Shown here piece by piece: positions 21,952 through 34,344 of a stretch of DNA of 64,000 nt. The notes under the pieces are model-generated. The model saw only the letters and a program-made list of their open reading frames with translations. It had not been told where the DNA came from and searched no databases. Positions within the stretch are counted from its first letter, which is position 1. The number at the start of each line of letters is the position of its first letter. The position numbers and the translations under genes are program-made. Location: NCBI RefSeq assembly GCF_013122565.1, contig NZ_CP053258.1. One strand, 5' to 3'. Source of the DNA: Escherichia coli (GTDB taxonomy: Bacteria; Pseudomonadota; Gammaproteobacteria; Enterobacterales; Enterobacteriaceae).

Positions 21952-24434
21952 AACTCAGTCGTCGTAGCTTTATGAAAGCTAACGCCGTTGCGGCCGCTGC
22001 GGCGGCTGCCGGTCTCAGCGTGCCGGGCGTTGCCCGTGCCGTTGTTGGTCAGCAGGAAGCCATTAAATGGGATAAAGCGCCGTGCCGTTTCTGCGGTACT
22101 GGTTGCGGCGTTCTGGTCGGAACGCAGCAGGGGCGTGTGGTGGCCTGTCAGGGCGACCCGGATGCACCGGTTAACCGTGGCCTGAACTGCATTAAGGGCT
22201 ATTTCCTGCCCAAAATCATGTACGGTAAAGACCGTTTGACGCAGCCGCTGCTGCGTATGAAAAACGGTAAATATGACAAAGAGGGCGAATTTACCCCAAT
22301 CACCTGGGATCAAGCCTTCGATGTGATGGAAGAGAAATTCAAAACCGCCCTGAAAGAAAAAGGGCCGGAATCGATCGGTATGTTCGGTTCTGGTCAGTGG
22401 ACTATCTGGGAAGGTTATGCCGCGTCCAAGCTGTTCAAAGCGGGCTTCCGTTCGAACAACATCGACCCGAACGCGCGTCACTGTATGGCGTCGGCAGTAG
22501 TTGGCTTTATGCGTACCTTTGGTATGGATGAGCCGATGGGCTGCTATGACGACATCGAGCAGGCTGACGCGTTTGTGCTGTGGGGCGCAAACATGGCGGA
22601 GATGCACCCGATCCTCTGGTCGCGCATCACTAACCGTCGTCTTTCTAACCAGAACGTCACCGTGGCGGTGCTTTCTACCTACCAGCATCGTAGCTTCGAA
22701 CTGGCGGATAACGGCATCATCTTTACGCCACAGTCTGACCTGGTGATCCTGAACTACATCGCTAACTATATCATTCAAAACAATGCGATAAATCAGGACT
22801 TCTTCAGCAAACACGTTAACCTGCGTAAAGGTGCGACGGACATCGGCTACGGTTTACGTCCGACCCATCCGCTGGAAAAAGCAGCGAAGAATCCGGGTTC
22901 TGACGCCTCCGAACCGATGAGCTTTGAAGATTACAAAGCCTTCGTTGCTGAGTATACGCTGGAAAAAACCGCTGAAATGACCGGCGTGCCGAAAGACCAG
23001 TTAGAACAACTGGCGCAGCTGTACGCCGATCCGAACAAGAAAGTCATCTCCTACTGGACGATGGGCTTCAACCAGCACACGCGCGGCGTGTGGGCCAACA
23101 ACCTGGTCTACAACCTGCACCTGCTGACCGGCAAAATTTCCCAGCCGGGTTGCGGTCCGTTCTCCCTGACCGGGCAGCCTTCCGCGTGTGGTACTGCGCG
23201 TGAAGTGGGCACTTTTGCTCACCGTCTGCCTGCGGATATGGTGGTTACCAACGAAAAACACCGTGATATTTGCGAGAAGAAGTGGAATATCCCGAGCGGC
23301 ACCATTCCGGCGAAAATCGGTCTGCACGCGGTGGCACAAGACCGTGCGCTGAAAGACGGCAAACTGAATGTTTACTGGACCATGTGTACCAATAACATGC
23401 AGGCCGGACCGAACATTAATGAAGAGCGTATGCCGGGCTGGCGCGATCCGCGCAACTTTATCATCGTTTCCGATCCGTATCCGACAGTCAGTGCGCTGGC
23501 CGCCGACTTGATCCTGCCGACCGCAATGTGGGTAGAAAAAGAGGGTGCTTACGGTAACGCCGAACGCCGTACTCAGTTCTGGCGTCAGCAGGTACAGGCA
23601 CCGGGCGAAGCGAAATCGGATCTCTGGCAGTTAGTCCAGTTCTCCCGCCGCTTCAAAACCGAAGAAGTATGGCCGGAAGAGCTGCTGGCTAAGAAACCGG
23701 AACTGCGTGGCAAAACGCTGTACGAAGTTCTGTATGCCACCCCCGAAGTGAGCAAATTCCCGGTATCCGAACTGGCGGAAGATCAGCTGAACGATGAATC
23801 CCGCGAGCTGGGCTTCTATCTGCAAAAAGGGCTATTCGAAGAGTACGCATGGTTTGGTCGCGGTCACGGTCACGATCTGGCACCGTTCGATGACTACCAC
23901 AAAGCGCGCGGTCTGCGCTGGCCGGTGGTGAACGGTAAAGAAACGCAGTGGCGTTACAGCGAAGGTAACGACCCGTACGTGAAAGCGGGTGAAGGCTACA
24001 AGTTCTACGGTAAACCGGATGGCAAAGCGGTGATTTTCGCGCTGCCGTTCGAACCGGCGGCGGAAGCACCGGATGAAGAGTACGATCTGTGGCTCTCTAC
24101 CGGACGCGTTCTGGAGCACTGGCACACCGGCAGTATGACTCGCCGTGTGCCGGAACTGCACCGCGCCTTCCCGGAAGCGGTCCTGTTTATTCACCCGCTG
24201 GATGCGAAAGCGCGCGATCTACGCCGTGGCGACAAAGTGAAAGTGGTTTCTCGCCGTGGTGAAGTGATCTCGATTGTCGAAACGCGCGGTCGTAACCGTC
24301 CGCCGCAGGGCCTGGTGTACATGCCGTTCTTCGACGCCGCACAGCTGGTTAACAAACTGACGCTGGATGCGACCGATCCGCTCTCGAAAGAGACGGATTT
24401 CAAGAAGTGCGCGGTCAAACTGGAGAAGGTGTAA
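21948..24434 (+). CDS. napA: periplasmic nitrate reductase catalytic subunit NapA, 828 aa
   Basis: Tat signal SRRSFMK, N-terminal 4Fe-4S Cys motif CRFCGTGCG, molybdopterin oxidoreductase length. Confidence 0.97.
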   Translation: MKLSRRSFMKANAVAAAAAAAGLSVPGVARAVVGQQEAIKWDKAPCRFCGTGCGVLVGTQQGRVVACQGDPDAPVNRGLNCIKGYFLPKIMYGKDRLTQPLLRMKNGKYDKEGEFTPITWDQAFDVMEEKFKTALKEKGPESIGMFGSGQWTIWEGYAASKLFKAGFRSNNIDPNARHCMASAVVGFMRTFGMDEPMGCYDDIEQADAFVLWGANMAEMHPILWSRITNRRLSNQNVTVAVLSTYQHRSFELADNGIIFTPQSDLVILNYIANYIIQNNAINQDFFSKHVNLRKGATDIGYGLRPTHPLEKAAKNPGSDASEPMSFEDYKAFVAEYTLEKTAEMTGVPKDQLEQLAQLYADPNKKVISYWTMGFNQHTRGVWANNLVYNLHLLTGKISQPGCGPFSLTGQPSACGTAREVGTFAHRLPADMVVTNEKHRDICEKKWNIPSGTIPAKIGLHAVAQDRALKDGKLNVYWTMCTNNMQAGPNINEERMPGWRDPRNFIIVSDPYPTVSALAADLILPTAMWVEKEGAYGNAERRTQFWRQQVQAPGEAKSDLWQLVQFSRRFKTEEVWPEELLAKKPELRGKTLYEVLYATPEVSKFPVSELAEDQLNDESRELGFYLQKGLFEEYAWFGRGHGHDLAPFDDYHKARGLRWPVVNGKETQWRYSEGNDPYVKAGEGYKFYGKPDGKAVIFALPFEPAAEAPDEEYDLWLSTGRVLEHWHTGSMTRRVPELHRAFPEAVLFIHPLDAKARDLRRGDKVKVVSRRGEVISIVETRGRNRPPQGLVYMPFFDAAQLVNKLTLDATDPLSKETDFKKCAVKLEKV

Positions 24435-24440
24435 GCCATT

Positions 24441-25136
24441 ATGTCCCGGTCAGCGAAACCTCAAAATGGTCGCCGCCGCTTTCTGCGCGATGTTGTTCGC
24501 ACAGCAGGCGGGCTGGCTGCCGTGGGTGTGGCGCTGGGGTTACAACAGCAAACCGCACGCGCATCTGGCGTGCGGTTGCGCCCGCCCGGAGCCATAAACG
24601 AGAACGCCTTTGCCAGTGCCTGTGTGCGTTGCGGTCAGTGTGTTCAGGCTTGCCCTTACGACACCTTAAAACTGGCGACGCTGGCTTCTGGCCTGTCGGC
24701 GGGCACGCCATATTTTGTCGCACGGGATATTCCTTGCGAAATGTGTGAGGACATTCCGTGCGCCAAAGTGTGCCCGAGCGGTGCGCTGGATCGTGAGATT
24801 GAATCGATCGACGACGCGCGGATGGGGCTGGCGGTACTGGTGGACCAGGAAAACTGTCTCAACTTTCAGGGGCTGCGCTGCGATGTTTGTTATCGCGAAT
24901 GCCCGAAAATTGATGAGGCCATCACCCTGGAGCTGGAGCGCAACACGCGTACCGGTAAGCACGCCCGCTTTCTGCCGACGGTTCACAGCGACGCCTGTAC
25001 TGGTTGCGGTAAGTGCGAAAAAGTGTGCGTGCTGGAACAACCGGCAATCAAGGTGTTACCGCTGTCACTGGCGAAAGGGGAGTTAGGTCACCATTACCGC
25101 TTCGGCTGGCTGGAGGGGAACAATGGCAAATCGTAA
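24441..25136 (+). CDS. napG: ferredoxin-type protein NapG, 231 aa
   Basis: Tat-like signal (RRRFLRD), four Cys clusters. Confidence 0.95.
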
Positions 25137-25986
25137 ACGTGACGCCGGGCGCGAGGCGCTGGAGAAAAAAGGCTGGTGGCGCAGTCACCGTTGGCTGGTG
25201 TTACGTCGCCTTTGTCAGTTCTTCGTGCTGGGGATGTTTTTGAGCGGTCCGTGGTTTGGTGTGTGGATCTTGCACGGCAACTACAGCAGTAGCCTGTTAT
25301 TCGACACCGTTCCGCTGACCGATCCGCTGATGACGCTGCAAAGTCTTGCCAGTGGTCATCTGCCTGCCACGGTGGCGTTGACCGGTGCGGTGATTATCAC
25401 CGTGCTCTACGCCCTGGCAGGAAAGCGATTATTTTGCAGCTGGGTCTGCCCGCTGAACCCGATTACCGACTTAGCGAACTGGTTACGCAGGCGCTTTGAC
25501 CTCAATCAGTCTGCGACGATCCCTCGCCACATTCGCTACGTGCTGTTGGTGGTCATTCTGGTGGGATCAGCCTTAACTGGCACGCTCATCTGGGAATGGA
25601 TCAACCCCGTTTCCCTGATGGGGCGTAGCCTGGTAATGGGCTTCGGCAGCGGCGCGCTGCTTATTCTCGCGCTGTTTTTATTTGATCTACTGGTCGTTGA
25701 ACACGGCTGGTGCGGGCACATTTGTCCGGTTGGCGCGCTGTATGGCGTGCTGGGTAGCAAAGGTGTGATTACCGTTGCGGCCACCGATCGGCAGAAATGT
25801 AACCGCTGTATGGATTGTTTTCATGTTTGCCCGGAACCGCATGTGCTACGTGCCCCGGTGCTGGATGAACAAAGCCCGGTGCAGGTCACCAGCCGCGATT
25901 GCATGACGTGCGGTCGCTGCGTGGATGTCTGTTCTGAGGATGTATTTACAATAACTACACGATGGAGTTCGGGAGCGAAATCATGA
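25123..25986 (+). CDS. napH: membrane ferredoxin-type protein NapH, 287 aa
   Basis: TM segments plus C-terminal Cys clusters. Confidence 0.95.
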
Positions 25987-26432
25987 AAAGCCATGACCTG
26001 AAGAAAGCGCTGTGTCAATGGACGGCGATGCTGGCCCTGGTGGTAAGCGGCGCGGTTTGGGCGGCTAATGGCGTCGATTTTAGCCAGTCGCCGGAAGTAT
26101 CCGGGACGCAGGAAGGGGCCATTCGGATGCCAAAAGAGCAGGAACGGATGCCGCTGAACTATGTGAATCAGCCGCCAATGATCCCGCATAGCGTTGAAGG
26201 TTATCAGGTAACGACCAATACCAACCGCTGCTTACAGTGCCACGGTGTCGAAAGTTATCGCACCACTGGTGCGCCGCGTATCAGTCCTACTCACTTTATG
26301 GACAGCGACGGCAAAGTGGGCGCAGAAGTGGCTCCGCGTCGTTATTTCTGTCTGCAATGTCACGTACCGCAGGCCGATACCGCGCCAATCGTGGGGAATA
26401 CCTTTACCCCATCAAAAGGTTACGGGAAATAA
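25983..26432 (+). CDS. napB: diheme cytochrome c NapB, 149 aa
   Basis: signal peptide, two CxxCH (CLQCH x2); start set at MKSHDLKK inside the track ORF. Confidence 0.93.
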   Translation: MKSHDLKKALCQWTAMLALVVSGAVWAANGVDFSQSPEVSGTQEGAIRMPKEQERMPLNYVNQPPMIPHSVEGYQVTTNTNRCLQCHGVESYRTTGAPRISPTHFMDSDGKVGAEVAPRRYFCLQCHVPQADTAPIVGNTFTPSKGYGK

Positions 26433-26441
26433 GAGGTTATT

Positions 26442-27044
26442 ATGGGAAATTCTGACCGTAAGCCTGGTCTGATTAAGCGCCTGTGGAAATGGTGGCGTAC
26501 CCCCAGCCGTCTGGCGCTGGGGACGCTGCTGTTGATCGGCTTTGTTGGCGGCATCGTCTTCTGGGGCGGCTTTAACACCGGGATGGAAAAAGCCAATACC
26601 GAAGAGTTCTGCATTAGCTGCCACGAAATGCGTAACACGGTGTATCAGGAATACATGGATTCCGTGCACTACAACAACCGTAGCGGCGTTCGTGCGACCT
26701 GTCCGGATTGTCACGTTCCGCACGAGTTTGTGCCGAAAATGATACGCAAGCTCAAAGCAAGTAAAGAGCTGTATGGTAAAATTTTTGGCGTTATTGACAC
26801 GCCGCAGAAATTCGAAGCTCATCGCCTGACTATGGCACAGAATGAGTGGCGGCGAATGAAGGACAACAACTCGCAGGAGTGCCGTAACTGTCACAACTTC
26901 GAGTTTATGGATTTAACCGCCCAGAAAGGTGTTGCCGCGAAGATGCATGACCAGGCGGTGAAAGATGGGCAAACCTGTATTGATTGCCATAAAGGGATAG
27001 CGCACAAGCTGCCCGATATGCGTGAAGTCGAGCCAGGTTTTTAA
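26442..27044 (+). CDS. napC: membrane-anchored tetraheme cytochrome c quinol dehydrogenase NapC, 200 aa
   Basis: N-terminal TM helix, four CxxCH (CISCH, CPDCH, CRNCH, CIDCH). Confidence 0.96.
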   Translation: MGNSDRKPGLIKRLWKWWRTPSRLALGTLLLIGFVGGIVFWGGFNTGMEKANTEEFCISCHEMRNTVYQEYMDSVHYNNRSGVRATCPDCHVPHEFVPKMIRKLKASKELYGKIFGVIDTPQKFEAHRLTMAQNEWRRMKDNNSQECRNCHNFEFMDLTAQKGVAAKMHDQAVKDGQTCIDCHKGIAHKLPDMREVEPGF

Positions 27045-27056
27045 CAGGGTTATTGC

Positions 27057-27680
27057 GTGGGTATGCTTGAAGCCAGAGAGTTACTTTGTGAGCGGGATGA
27101 ACGAACCTTATTTAGTGGCTTGTCATTTACGCTGAACGCAGGAGAGTGGGTACAAATCACCGGTAGCAACGGCGCGGGGAAGACAACGCTTCTCCGTTTG
27201 CTGACGGGGTTGTCTCGCCCTGACGCAGGCGAGGTTCTCTGGCAAGGGCAGCCCTTGCATCAGGTACGCGACAGCTACCATCAAAACCTGTTATGGATAG
27301 GCCATCAGCCGGGGATCAAAACCCGGCTGACGGCGTTAGAAAATCTGCACTTTTATCATCGCGATGGCGATACCGCACAATGTCTGGACGCCCTGGCGCA
27401 GGCCGGGCTTGCCGGATTCGAAGATATTCCTGTAAATCAACTTTCTGCCGGACAACAACGCCGCGTCGCTTTAGCGCGTTTGTGGCTGACCCGTGCCACG
27501 TTATGGATCCTCGACGAGCCTTTTACCGCGATTGACGTTAACGGCGTCGATCGTCTGACCCAGCGTATGGCGCAGCATACGGAGCAGGGGGGAATTGTGA
27601 TTCTGACTACCCACCAGCCGCTCAACGTTGCTGAAAATAAAATTCGCCGCATTTCACTGACGCAAACGAGGGCCGCATGA
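27057..27680 (+). CDS. ccmA: heme exporter ATP-binding protein CcmA
   Basis: Walker [13 protein letters not shown] signature LSAGQQRR; first gene of ccm operon after napC. Confidence 0.94.
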   Translation: MGMLEARELLCERDERTLFSGLSFTLNAGEWVQITGSNGAGKTTLLRLLTGLSRPDAGEVLWQGQPLHQVRDSYHQNLLWIGHQPGIKTRLTALENLHFYHRDGDTAQCLDALAQAGLAGFEDIPVNQLSAGQQRRVALARLWLTRATLWILDEPFTAIDVNGVDRLTQRMAQHTEQGGIVILTTHQPLNVAENKIRRISLTQTRAA

Positions 27681-28339
27681 TGTTCTGGCGCATTTTCCGT
27701 CTTGAGCTGCGCGTAGCGTTTCGCCATAGCGCCGAAATCGCCAACCCGCTGTGGTTCTTCCTGATTGTAATTACCCTTTTTCCGCTCAGTATCGGTCCGG
27801 AGCCGCAATTGCTGTCGCGTATTGCACCGGGCATTATCTGGGTTGCTGCGCTGCTTTCATCCTTGCTGGCGCTGGAACGACTGTTCCGTGACGATTTGCA
27901 GGACGGCAGTCTTGAACAATTGATGTTGTTGCCGTTACCCTTGCCCGCCGTTGTGCTGGCGAAGGTGATGGCGCACTGGATGGTAACCGGTCTGCCGTTA
28001 CTCATCCTTTCGCCACTGGTAGCAATGCTACTGGGAATGGATGTTTATGGCTGGCAAGTGATGGCGCTGACGCTGCTGCTGGGAACGCCTACGCTTGGCT
28101 TTCTCGGTGCACCGGGTGTGGCGTTGACAGTGGGACTTAAGCGCGGTGGTGTGCTGCTCAGCATACTGGTGTTACCGCTGACTATCCCATTACTCATCTT
28201 TGCCACCGCCGCGATGGACGCGGCTTCCATGCATTTGCCCGTTGACGGGTATCTGGCAATTTTAGGCGCGTTGCTGGCAGGCACCGCGACATTAAGTCCT
28301 TTTGCGACGGCGGCAGCGTTACGAATCAGCATTCAATAA
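27677..28339 (+). CDS. ccmB: heme exporter membrane protein CcmB, 220 aa
   Basis: 220-aa polytopic membrane ORF, overlaps ccmA stop. Confidence 0.94.
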   Translation: MMFWRIFRLELRVAFRHSAEIANPLWFFLIVITLFPLSIGPEPQLLSRIAPGIIWVAALLSSLLALERLFRDDLQDGSLEQLMLLPLPLPAVVLAKVMAHWMVTGLPLLILSPLVAMLLGMDVYGWQVMALTLLLGTPTLGFLGAPGVALTVGLKRGGVLLSILVLPLTIPLLIFATAAMDAASMHLPVDGYLAILGALLAGTATLSPFATAAALRISIQ

Positions 28340-28380
28340 CGCTGGATTACTGATTTTTGTTCGAGTCTGGTATCGAAACT

Positions 28381-29118
28381 ATGTGGAAAACACTGCATCA
28401 ACTGGCGATCCCACCACGACTGTATCAAATCTGTGGCTGGTTTATACCGTGGCTGGCAATTGCCAGTGTGGTCGTGCTTACCGTCGGCTGGATCTGGGGA
28501 TTCGGCTTTGCTCCGGCTGATTATCAGCAGGGAAATAGCTACCGCATTATCTACCTGCATGTGCCTGCGGCGATCTGGTCGATGGGCATTTATGCATCAA
28601 TGGCGGTGGCGGCGTTTATTGGCCTTGTCTGGCAGATGAAAATGGCCAACCTGGCGGTGGCGGCGATGGCCCCCATTGGTGCCGTGTTTACTTTTATTGC
28701 CCTGGTTACCGGCTCTGCATGGGGAAAACCGATGTGGGGCACCTGGTGGGTATGGGATGCACGTCTGACTTCTGAACTGGTGCTGCTGTTTCTGTATGTT
28801 GGTGTAATTGCCCTGTGGCACGCCTTCGACGACCGCCGTCTGGCGGGCCGTGCGGCAGGTATCCTGGTGCTGATTGGCGTGGTGAATCTGCCGATTATTC
28901 ATTACTCCGTGGAGTGGTGGAACACCCTGCATCAGGGATCAACGCGGATGCAGCAAAGTATCGATCCGGCGATGCGTTCGCCGCTGCGCTGGTCGATTTT
29001 TGGCTTCCTGCTGCTGTCTGCCACGCTGACGCTGATGCGGATGCGTAATTTGATTTTGCTGATGGAAAAACGCCGTCCGTGGGTGAGTGAACTGATACTG
29101 AAAAGAGGCCGTAAATGA
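28381..29118 (+). CDS. ccmC: heme exporter/heme lyase component CcmC, 245 aa
   Basis: MWKTLHQLAIPPRLYQ, WGxxWxWD tryptophan-rich motif (WGTWWVWDARL). Confidence 0.94.
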   Translation: MWKTLHQLAIPPRLYQICGWFIPWLAIASVVVLTVGWIWGFGFAPADYQQGNSYRIIYLHVPAAIWSMGIYASMAVAAFIGLVWQMKMANLAVAAMAPIGAVFTFIALVTGSAWGKPMWGTWWVWDARLTSELVLLFLYVGVIALWHAFDDRRLAGRAAGILVLIGVVNLPIIHYSVEWWNTLHQGSTRMQQSIDPAMRSPLRWSIFGFLLLSATLTLMRMRNLILLMEKRRPWVSELILKRGRK

Positions 29119-29324
29119 CCCCTGCATTTGCTTCCTGGAATGAATTTTTCGCAATGGGCGGTTACGCCTTTTTTGTCTGGCTGGCGGTGGTGATGACCGT
29201 TATTCCGCTGGTGGTTTTGGTCGTGCACTCGGTGATGCAACATCGCGCAATTCTGCGTGGCGTGGCGCAACAGTGGGCGCGTGAGGCGCGTTTACGTGCT
29301 GCGCAACAGCAGGAGGCTGCATGA
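29115..29324 (+). CDS. ccmD: CcmD, 69 aa
   Basis: 69-aa single-TM ORF coupled between ccmC and ccmE. Confidence 0.92.
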
Positions 29325-29800
29325 ATATTCGCCGTAAAAACCGCTTGTGGATTGCCTGTGCTGTGTTGGCAGGGCTGGCGCTGACTATCGGTCTGGTGCT
29401 GTATGCGCTGCGCTCGAATATCGATCTCTTTTATACGCCGGGGGAGATTCTCTACGGCAAGCGTGAAACTCAGCAGATGCCGGAAGTCGGTCAGCGTCTG
29501 CGCGTTGGCGGGATGGTGATGCCGGGTAGCGTGCAGCGCGATCCCAATTCGCTGAAAGTAACGTTCACCATTTACGATGCTGAAGGCTCAGTGGATGTCT
29601 CTTACGAAGGCATTTTGCCGGATCTGTTCCGTGAAGGGCAGGGCGTTGTGGTGCAGGGCGAGCTGGAAAAAGGCAATCATATCCTCGCGAAAGAAGTGCT
29701 GGCGAAACATGATGAAAACTACACGCCGCCAGAAGTTGAGAAAGCGATGGAAGCTAACCACCGTCGCCCGGCGAGTGTTTATAAGGACCCAGCATCATGA
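29321..29800 (+). CDS. ccmE: heme chaperone CcmE, 159 aa
   Basis: 159-aa ORF, N-terminal anchor. Confidence 0.94.
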
Positions 29801-31740
29801 TGCCGGAAATTGGTAACGGACTGCTGTGCCTGGCGCTGGGAATTGCGCTGCTGCTGTCCGTGTATCCGCTATGGGGCGTGGCGCGCGGAGATGCGCGCAT
29901 GATGGCGTCTTCCCGCTTGTTTGCCTGGCTGCTGTTTATGTCTGTAGCTGGCGCATTTCTGGTGCTGGTCAATGCTTTCGTGGTCAACGACTTTACCGTC
30001 ACCTATGTTGCCAGCAACTCCAATACCCAGCTTCCGGTGTGGTATCGCGTGGCGGCTACCTGGGGCGCGCATGAAGGCTCGCTACTGCTGTGGGTGCTGC
30101 TGATGAGCGGCTGGACCTTTGCGGTGGCGATTTTTAGTCAGCGTATTCCGCTGGATATTGTGGCCCGTGTACTGGCGATAATGGGGATGGTCAGCGTCGG
30201 CTTTTTGCTGTTCATTCTCTTTACCTCTAACCCGTTTTCACGCACGTTGCCGAACTTCCCGATTGAAGGGCGCGATCTTAACCCGCTGTTACAGGATCCG
30301 GGGCTGATCTTCCATCCGCCTCTGCTCTATATGGGGTACGTGGGTTTCTCGGTGGCGTTTGCTTTTGCCATTGCTTCTTTGCTGAGCGGGCGTCTGGACA
30401 GCACTTATGCGCGTTTTACTCGTCCGTGGACGCTGGCGGCGTGGATTTTCCTGACGCTCGGCATTGTGCTCGGTTCCGCATGGGCCTATTACGAACTCGG
30501 CTGGGGTGGCTGGTGGTTCTGGGATCCGGTAGAAAACGCCTCGTTTATGCCGTGGTTGGTGGGTACTGCGCTGATGCACTCACTGGCGGTCACTGAACAA
30601 CGCGCCAGCTTCAAAGCGTGGACATTACTGCTGGCAATCAGTGCCTTTTCGCTGTGTCTGTTGGGGACTTTCCTGGTGCGTTCCGGCGTGCTGGTATCGG
30701 TACACGCGTTTGCGTCTGATCCGGCGCGCGGTATGTTTATCCTCGCCTTTATGGTGCTGGTGATTGGCGGTTCGCTGCTGCTGTTTGCCGCGCGTGGACA
30801 CAAAGTTCGCTCACGCGTAAACAATGCGCTGTGGTCGCGGGAATCTTTGCTGTTAGCGAACAACGTTTTGCTGGTCGCCGCAATGCTGGTGGTGTTGCTG
30901 GGGACGCTGCTGCCGCTGGTGCACAAGCAACTGGGACTGGGCAGTATTTCGATTGGCGAACCGTTCTTCAACACCATGTTTACCTGGCTGATGGTGCCGT
31001 TTGCTCTACTGCTGGGTGTCGGTCCTCTGGTGCGCTGGGGGCGCGATCGCCCACGTAAAATCCGCAATTTATTGATTATCGCCTTCATCTCAACGCTGGT
31101 GCTGTCGCTGCTGCTGCCGTGGCTGTTCGAAAGCAAAGTTGTGGCGATGACGGTGCTCGGCCTGGCAATGGCCTGCTGGATTGCGGTGCTGGCAATTGCG
31201 GAAGCTGCGCTGCGTATTTCACGTGGCACGAAAACCACCTTCAGTTATTGGGGAATGGTGGCGGCTCACCTGGGGCTGGCAGTGACAATTGTTGGTATTG
31301 CCTTTAGCCAGAACTATAGCGTTGAGCGTGATGTGCGCATGAAGTCCGGCGATAGTGTCGATATTCATGAATATCGCTTCACCTTCCGTGATGTCAAAGA
31401 GGTGACTGGCCCGAACTGGCGTGGCGGTGTGGCGACTATCGGCGTAACGCGAGAGGGTAAACCAGAAACGGTGCTGTATGCGGAAAAACGTTATTACAAC
31501 ACTGCCGGGTCGATGATGACCGAAGCGGCGATTGACGGCGGCATCACGCGTGACCTGTACGCGGCCCTCGGTGAAGAGCTGGAAAACGGCGCGTGGGCCG
31601 TGCGTCTTTACTACAAACCGTTTGTTCGCTGGATTTGGGCGGGCGGGCTGATGATGGCGTTGGGCGGACTGCTGTGTCTGTTTGATCCTCGCTATCGTAA
31701 GCGCGTGAGCCCGCAAAAAACTGCGCCGGAGGCTGTATGA
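29797..31740 (+). CDS. ccmF: cytochrome c heme lyase subunit CcmF, 647 aa
   Basis: 647-aa polytopic ORF with W-rich motif ([12 protein letters not shown]). Confidence 0.95.
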
Positions 31741-32294
31741 AGCGCAAAGTATTGTTAATTCCGTTGATTATCTTCCTGGCGATTGCCGCGGCGCTGCTGT
31801 GGCAGCTGGCGCGTAATGCCGAAGGGGATGATCCGACCAATCTGGAATCGGCGCTCATTGGCAAGCCTGTGCCGAAGTTTCGTCTCGAATCACTGGACAA
31901 TCCAGGGCAGTTTTATCAGGCGGATGTGCTGACTCAGGGCAAACCAGTGCTGCTTAACGTCTGGGCGACCTGGTGTCCGACCTGCCGTGCGGAACATCAA
32001 TATCTGAATCAGCTTTCAGCGCAGGGCATTCGCGTGGTCGGCATGAACTATAAAGACGATCGCCAGAAGGCAATCAGCTGGCTGAAAGAGCTGGGCAATC
32101 CTTACGCGCTAAGCCTGTTTGATGGCGACGGCATGTTAGGGCTGGATCTCGGTGTCTATGGCGCGCCAGAAACGTTCCTTATTGACGGCAACGGCATCAT
32201 TCGCTATCGCCATGCGGGCGATCTCAATCCTCGCGTCTGGGAAGAAGAGATCAAGCCGCTGTGGGAGAAATACAGTAAGGAGGCCGCACAATGA
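31737..32294 (+). CDS. ccmG: thiol:disulfide interchange protein CcmG/DsbE, 185 aa
   Basis: thioredoxin motif WCPTC. Confidence 0.95.
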   Translation: MKRKVLLIPLIIFLAIAAALLWQLARNAEGDDPTNLESALIGKPVPKFRLESLDNPGQFYQADVLTQGKPVLLNVWATWCPTCRAEHQYLNQLSAQGIRVVGMNYKDDRQKAISWLKELGNPYALSLFDGDGMLGLDLGVYGAPETFLIDGNGIIRYRHAGDLNPRVWEEEIKPLWEKYSKEAAQ

Positions 32295-33343
32295 GGTTTT
32301 TATTGGGCGTGCTGATGCTGATGATCTCCGGCTCAGCGCTGGCGACCATCGACGTGTTGCAGTTTAAAGATGAAGCACAGGAACAACAGTTCCGTCAGCT
32401 CACTGAAGAACTGCGCTGCCCGAAATGCCAGAACAACAGCATTGCCGATTCCAACTCGATGATTGCCACCGACCTGCGCCAGAAAGTGTATGAACTGATG
32501 CAGGAAGGTAAAAGTAAAAAAGAGATTGTCGATTATATGGTGGCGCGTTACGGCAACTTCGTCACTTACGATCCGCCGTTAACGCCGCTGACCGTATTGC
32601 TGTGGGTGCTGCCAGTAGTGGCTATTGGCATTGGCGGTTGGGTCATATACGCCCGCTCGCGGCGTCGGGTACGCGTGGTGCCGGAAGCGTTTCCTGAACA
32701 AAGCGTGCTGGAAGGTAAGCGTGCCGGATATGTTGTTTATCTGCCGGGTATTGTGGTGGCGTTAATTGTGGCTGGCGTCAGCTACTACCAGACTGGCAAT
32801 TATCAGCAGGTGAAAATCTGGCAGCAGGCCACGGCACAGGCTCCGGCGTTGCTGGACAGGGCGCTGGATCCGAAAGCTGATCCGCTCAACGAAGAAGAGA
32901 TGTCGCGCCTTGCGCTGGGGATGCGTACTCAACTGCAAAAAAATCCGGGAGATATAGACGGCTGGATTATGTTGGGCCGCGTTGGCATGGCGCTGGGTAA
33001 CGCCAGTATTGCCACCGATGCATACGCTACTGCATATCGCCTCGATCCGAAGAACAGTGATGCTGCACTGGGTTACGCTGAAGCGTTGACACGTTCATCT
33101 GATCCCAACGACAACCGCCTGGGGGGTGAACTACTACGCCAGTTGGTGAGAACGGACCATAGCAATATCCGTGTGTTAAGCATGTATGCGTTTAATGCCT
33201 TTGAGCAGCAGCGATTTGGCGAAGCCGTTGCCGCGTGGGAGATGATGTTGAAACTCTTACCTGCCAACGATACTCGCCGTGCTGTGATTGAACGTAGTAT
33301 CGCGCAGGCGATGCAACATTTGTCGCCGCAGGAGAGTAAATAA
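32291..33343 (+). CDS. ccmH: cytochrome c heme lyase subunit CcmH, 350 aa
   Basis: N-terminal LRCPKC motif, C-terminal TPR-like region. Confidence 0.94.
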   Translation: MRFLLGVLMLMISGSALATIDVLQFKDEAQEQQFRQLTEELRCPKCQNNSIADSNSMIATDLRQKVYELMQEGKSKKEIVDYMVARYGNFVTYDPPLTPLTVLLWVLPVVAIGIGGWVIYARSRRRVRVVPEAFPEQSVLEGKRAGYVVYLPGIVVALIVAGVSYYQTGNYQQVKIWQQATAQAPALLDRALDPKADPLNEEEMSRLALGMRTQLQKNPGDIDGWIMLGRVGMALGNASIATDAYATAYRLDPKNSDAALGYAEALTRSSDPNDNRLGGELLRQLVRTDHSNIRVLSMYAFNAFEQQRFGEAVAAWEMMLKLLPANDTRRAVIERSIAQAMQHLSPQESK

Positions 33344-33380
33344 AAAGTGGCCCGATGGTGATTCCATCGGGCTATTTTTA
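33344..33380. terminator. bidirectional intrinsic terminator between ccmH and narP (gcccgatgg...ccatcgggc flanked by A-run/T-run)
   Basis: hairpin with flanking aaaaa / ttttt. Confidence 0.8.
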
Positions 33381-34025
33381 TTGTGCCCCGCGTTGTTGCA
33401 GGAACAGAATGGTGGCCGCCACGCGTGAGCGGACATTGAGTTTACGCAGCAGATTGCGAATATGTACTTTTACTGTCTGCTCGGAAATATTCAACACCGA
33501 GGCAATTTGTTTATTTGACAGCCCCTGTGCCAGCTCGTGCAGAACATCCAGCTCGCGCTCCGTCAGCACGCTGAAGGGATCTTCTTCCGCGCCAAACATT
33601 TCACGTTCACGCAAGTACTGATTGACGCGTTCGCTAAAGACTTTGCTGCCTTTCGCTCCGGCACGAATCGCTTCCAGCAACACTTCCGGGTCGCTGTCTT
33701 TCAACAGATAACCGTCTGCGCCTGCGTCTATCAGCGCAAAGACATCGCTGGAGGCATCTGATACGGTCAGGATAATAATTTGCGCGGTAACGCCATCCCT
33801 GCGCAAGGCATTGAGGGTATCCAGGCCACTCATACCTTTCATATTGAGATCCAGCAAGATCACGTCGATATCCAGTCTATTCGCCAGATCGATAGCACTC
33901 GCGCCGTCGCCTGCTTCGGCGACCACTTCAAAGCCAGGATCAAGCTCCAGTAACTGACGAACACCGCGTCGCATAAGTGGATGATCATCCACAATCATCA
34001 CCTGAAAAGGCGTTGCTTCAGGCAT
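33378..34025 (-). CDS. narP: nitrate/nitrite response regulator NarP, 215 aa
   Basis: MPEATPFQVMIVDDHPLMRRG receiver domain, LuxR HTH C-terminus; start trimmed from track ORF. Confidence 0.95.
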   Translation of the reverse strand: MPEATPFQVMIVDDHPLMRRGVRQLLELDPGFEVVAEAGDGASAIDLANRLDIDVILLDLNMKGMSGLDTLNALRRDGVTAQIIILTVSDASSDVFALIDAGADGYLLKDSDPEVLLEAIRAGAKGSKVFSERVNQYLREREMFGAEEDPFSVLTERELDVLHELAQGLSNKQIASVLNISEQTVKVHIRNLLRKLNVRSRVAATILFLQQRGAQ

Positions 34026-34344
34026 AGTAGTCTCCTGAGGTTTTATTAGAATCATTATGTTTGAGCGTAGCGTTGGTAACGCTACCAGGCGCGTGAATGT
34101 TACCCCATTTTATGTATGGACATGTAGTGAAAACTACAACCTTGTCGTTCGCTTCGGCATCATTTTCATTATAAAGACGGAATTTTGCATCAGCTTCTCA
34201 TCAAGAAAAACACCTAAAAAATCAATCACAATACTTGTGCATTTCTTTAAACAGTTTTTAAAAACTGACTCCGGGTATGGAGCTATGGGTATTTTCCGTA
34301 CCCAATGCTTTTAACAGCAATTAATTTCATAGGATGAAAGCTCA

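Noticed and set aside
21915-22814. 299-aa minus-strand ORF inside napA
   Set aside because: Antisense shadow ORF within a well-supported gene.
30489-31238. 249-aa minus-strand ORF inside ccmF
   Set aside because: Antisense shadow ORF; Ser/Thr/Ala-rich low-complexity translation.
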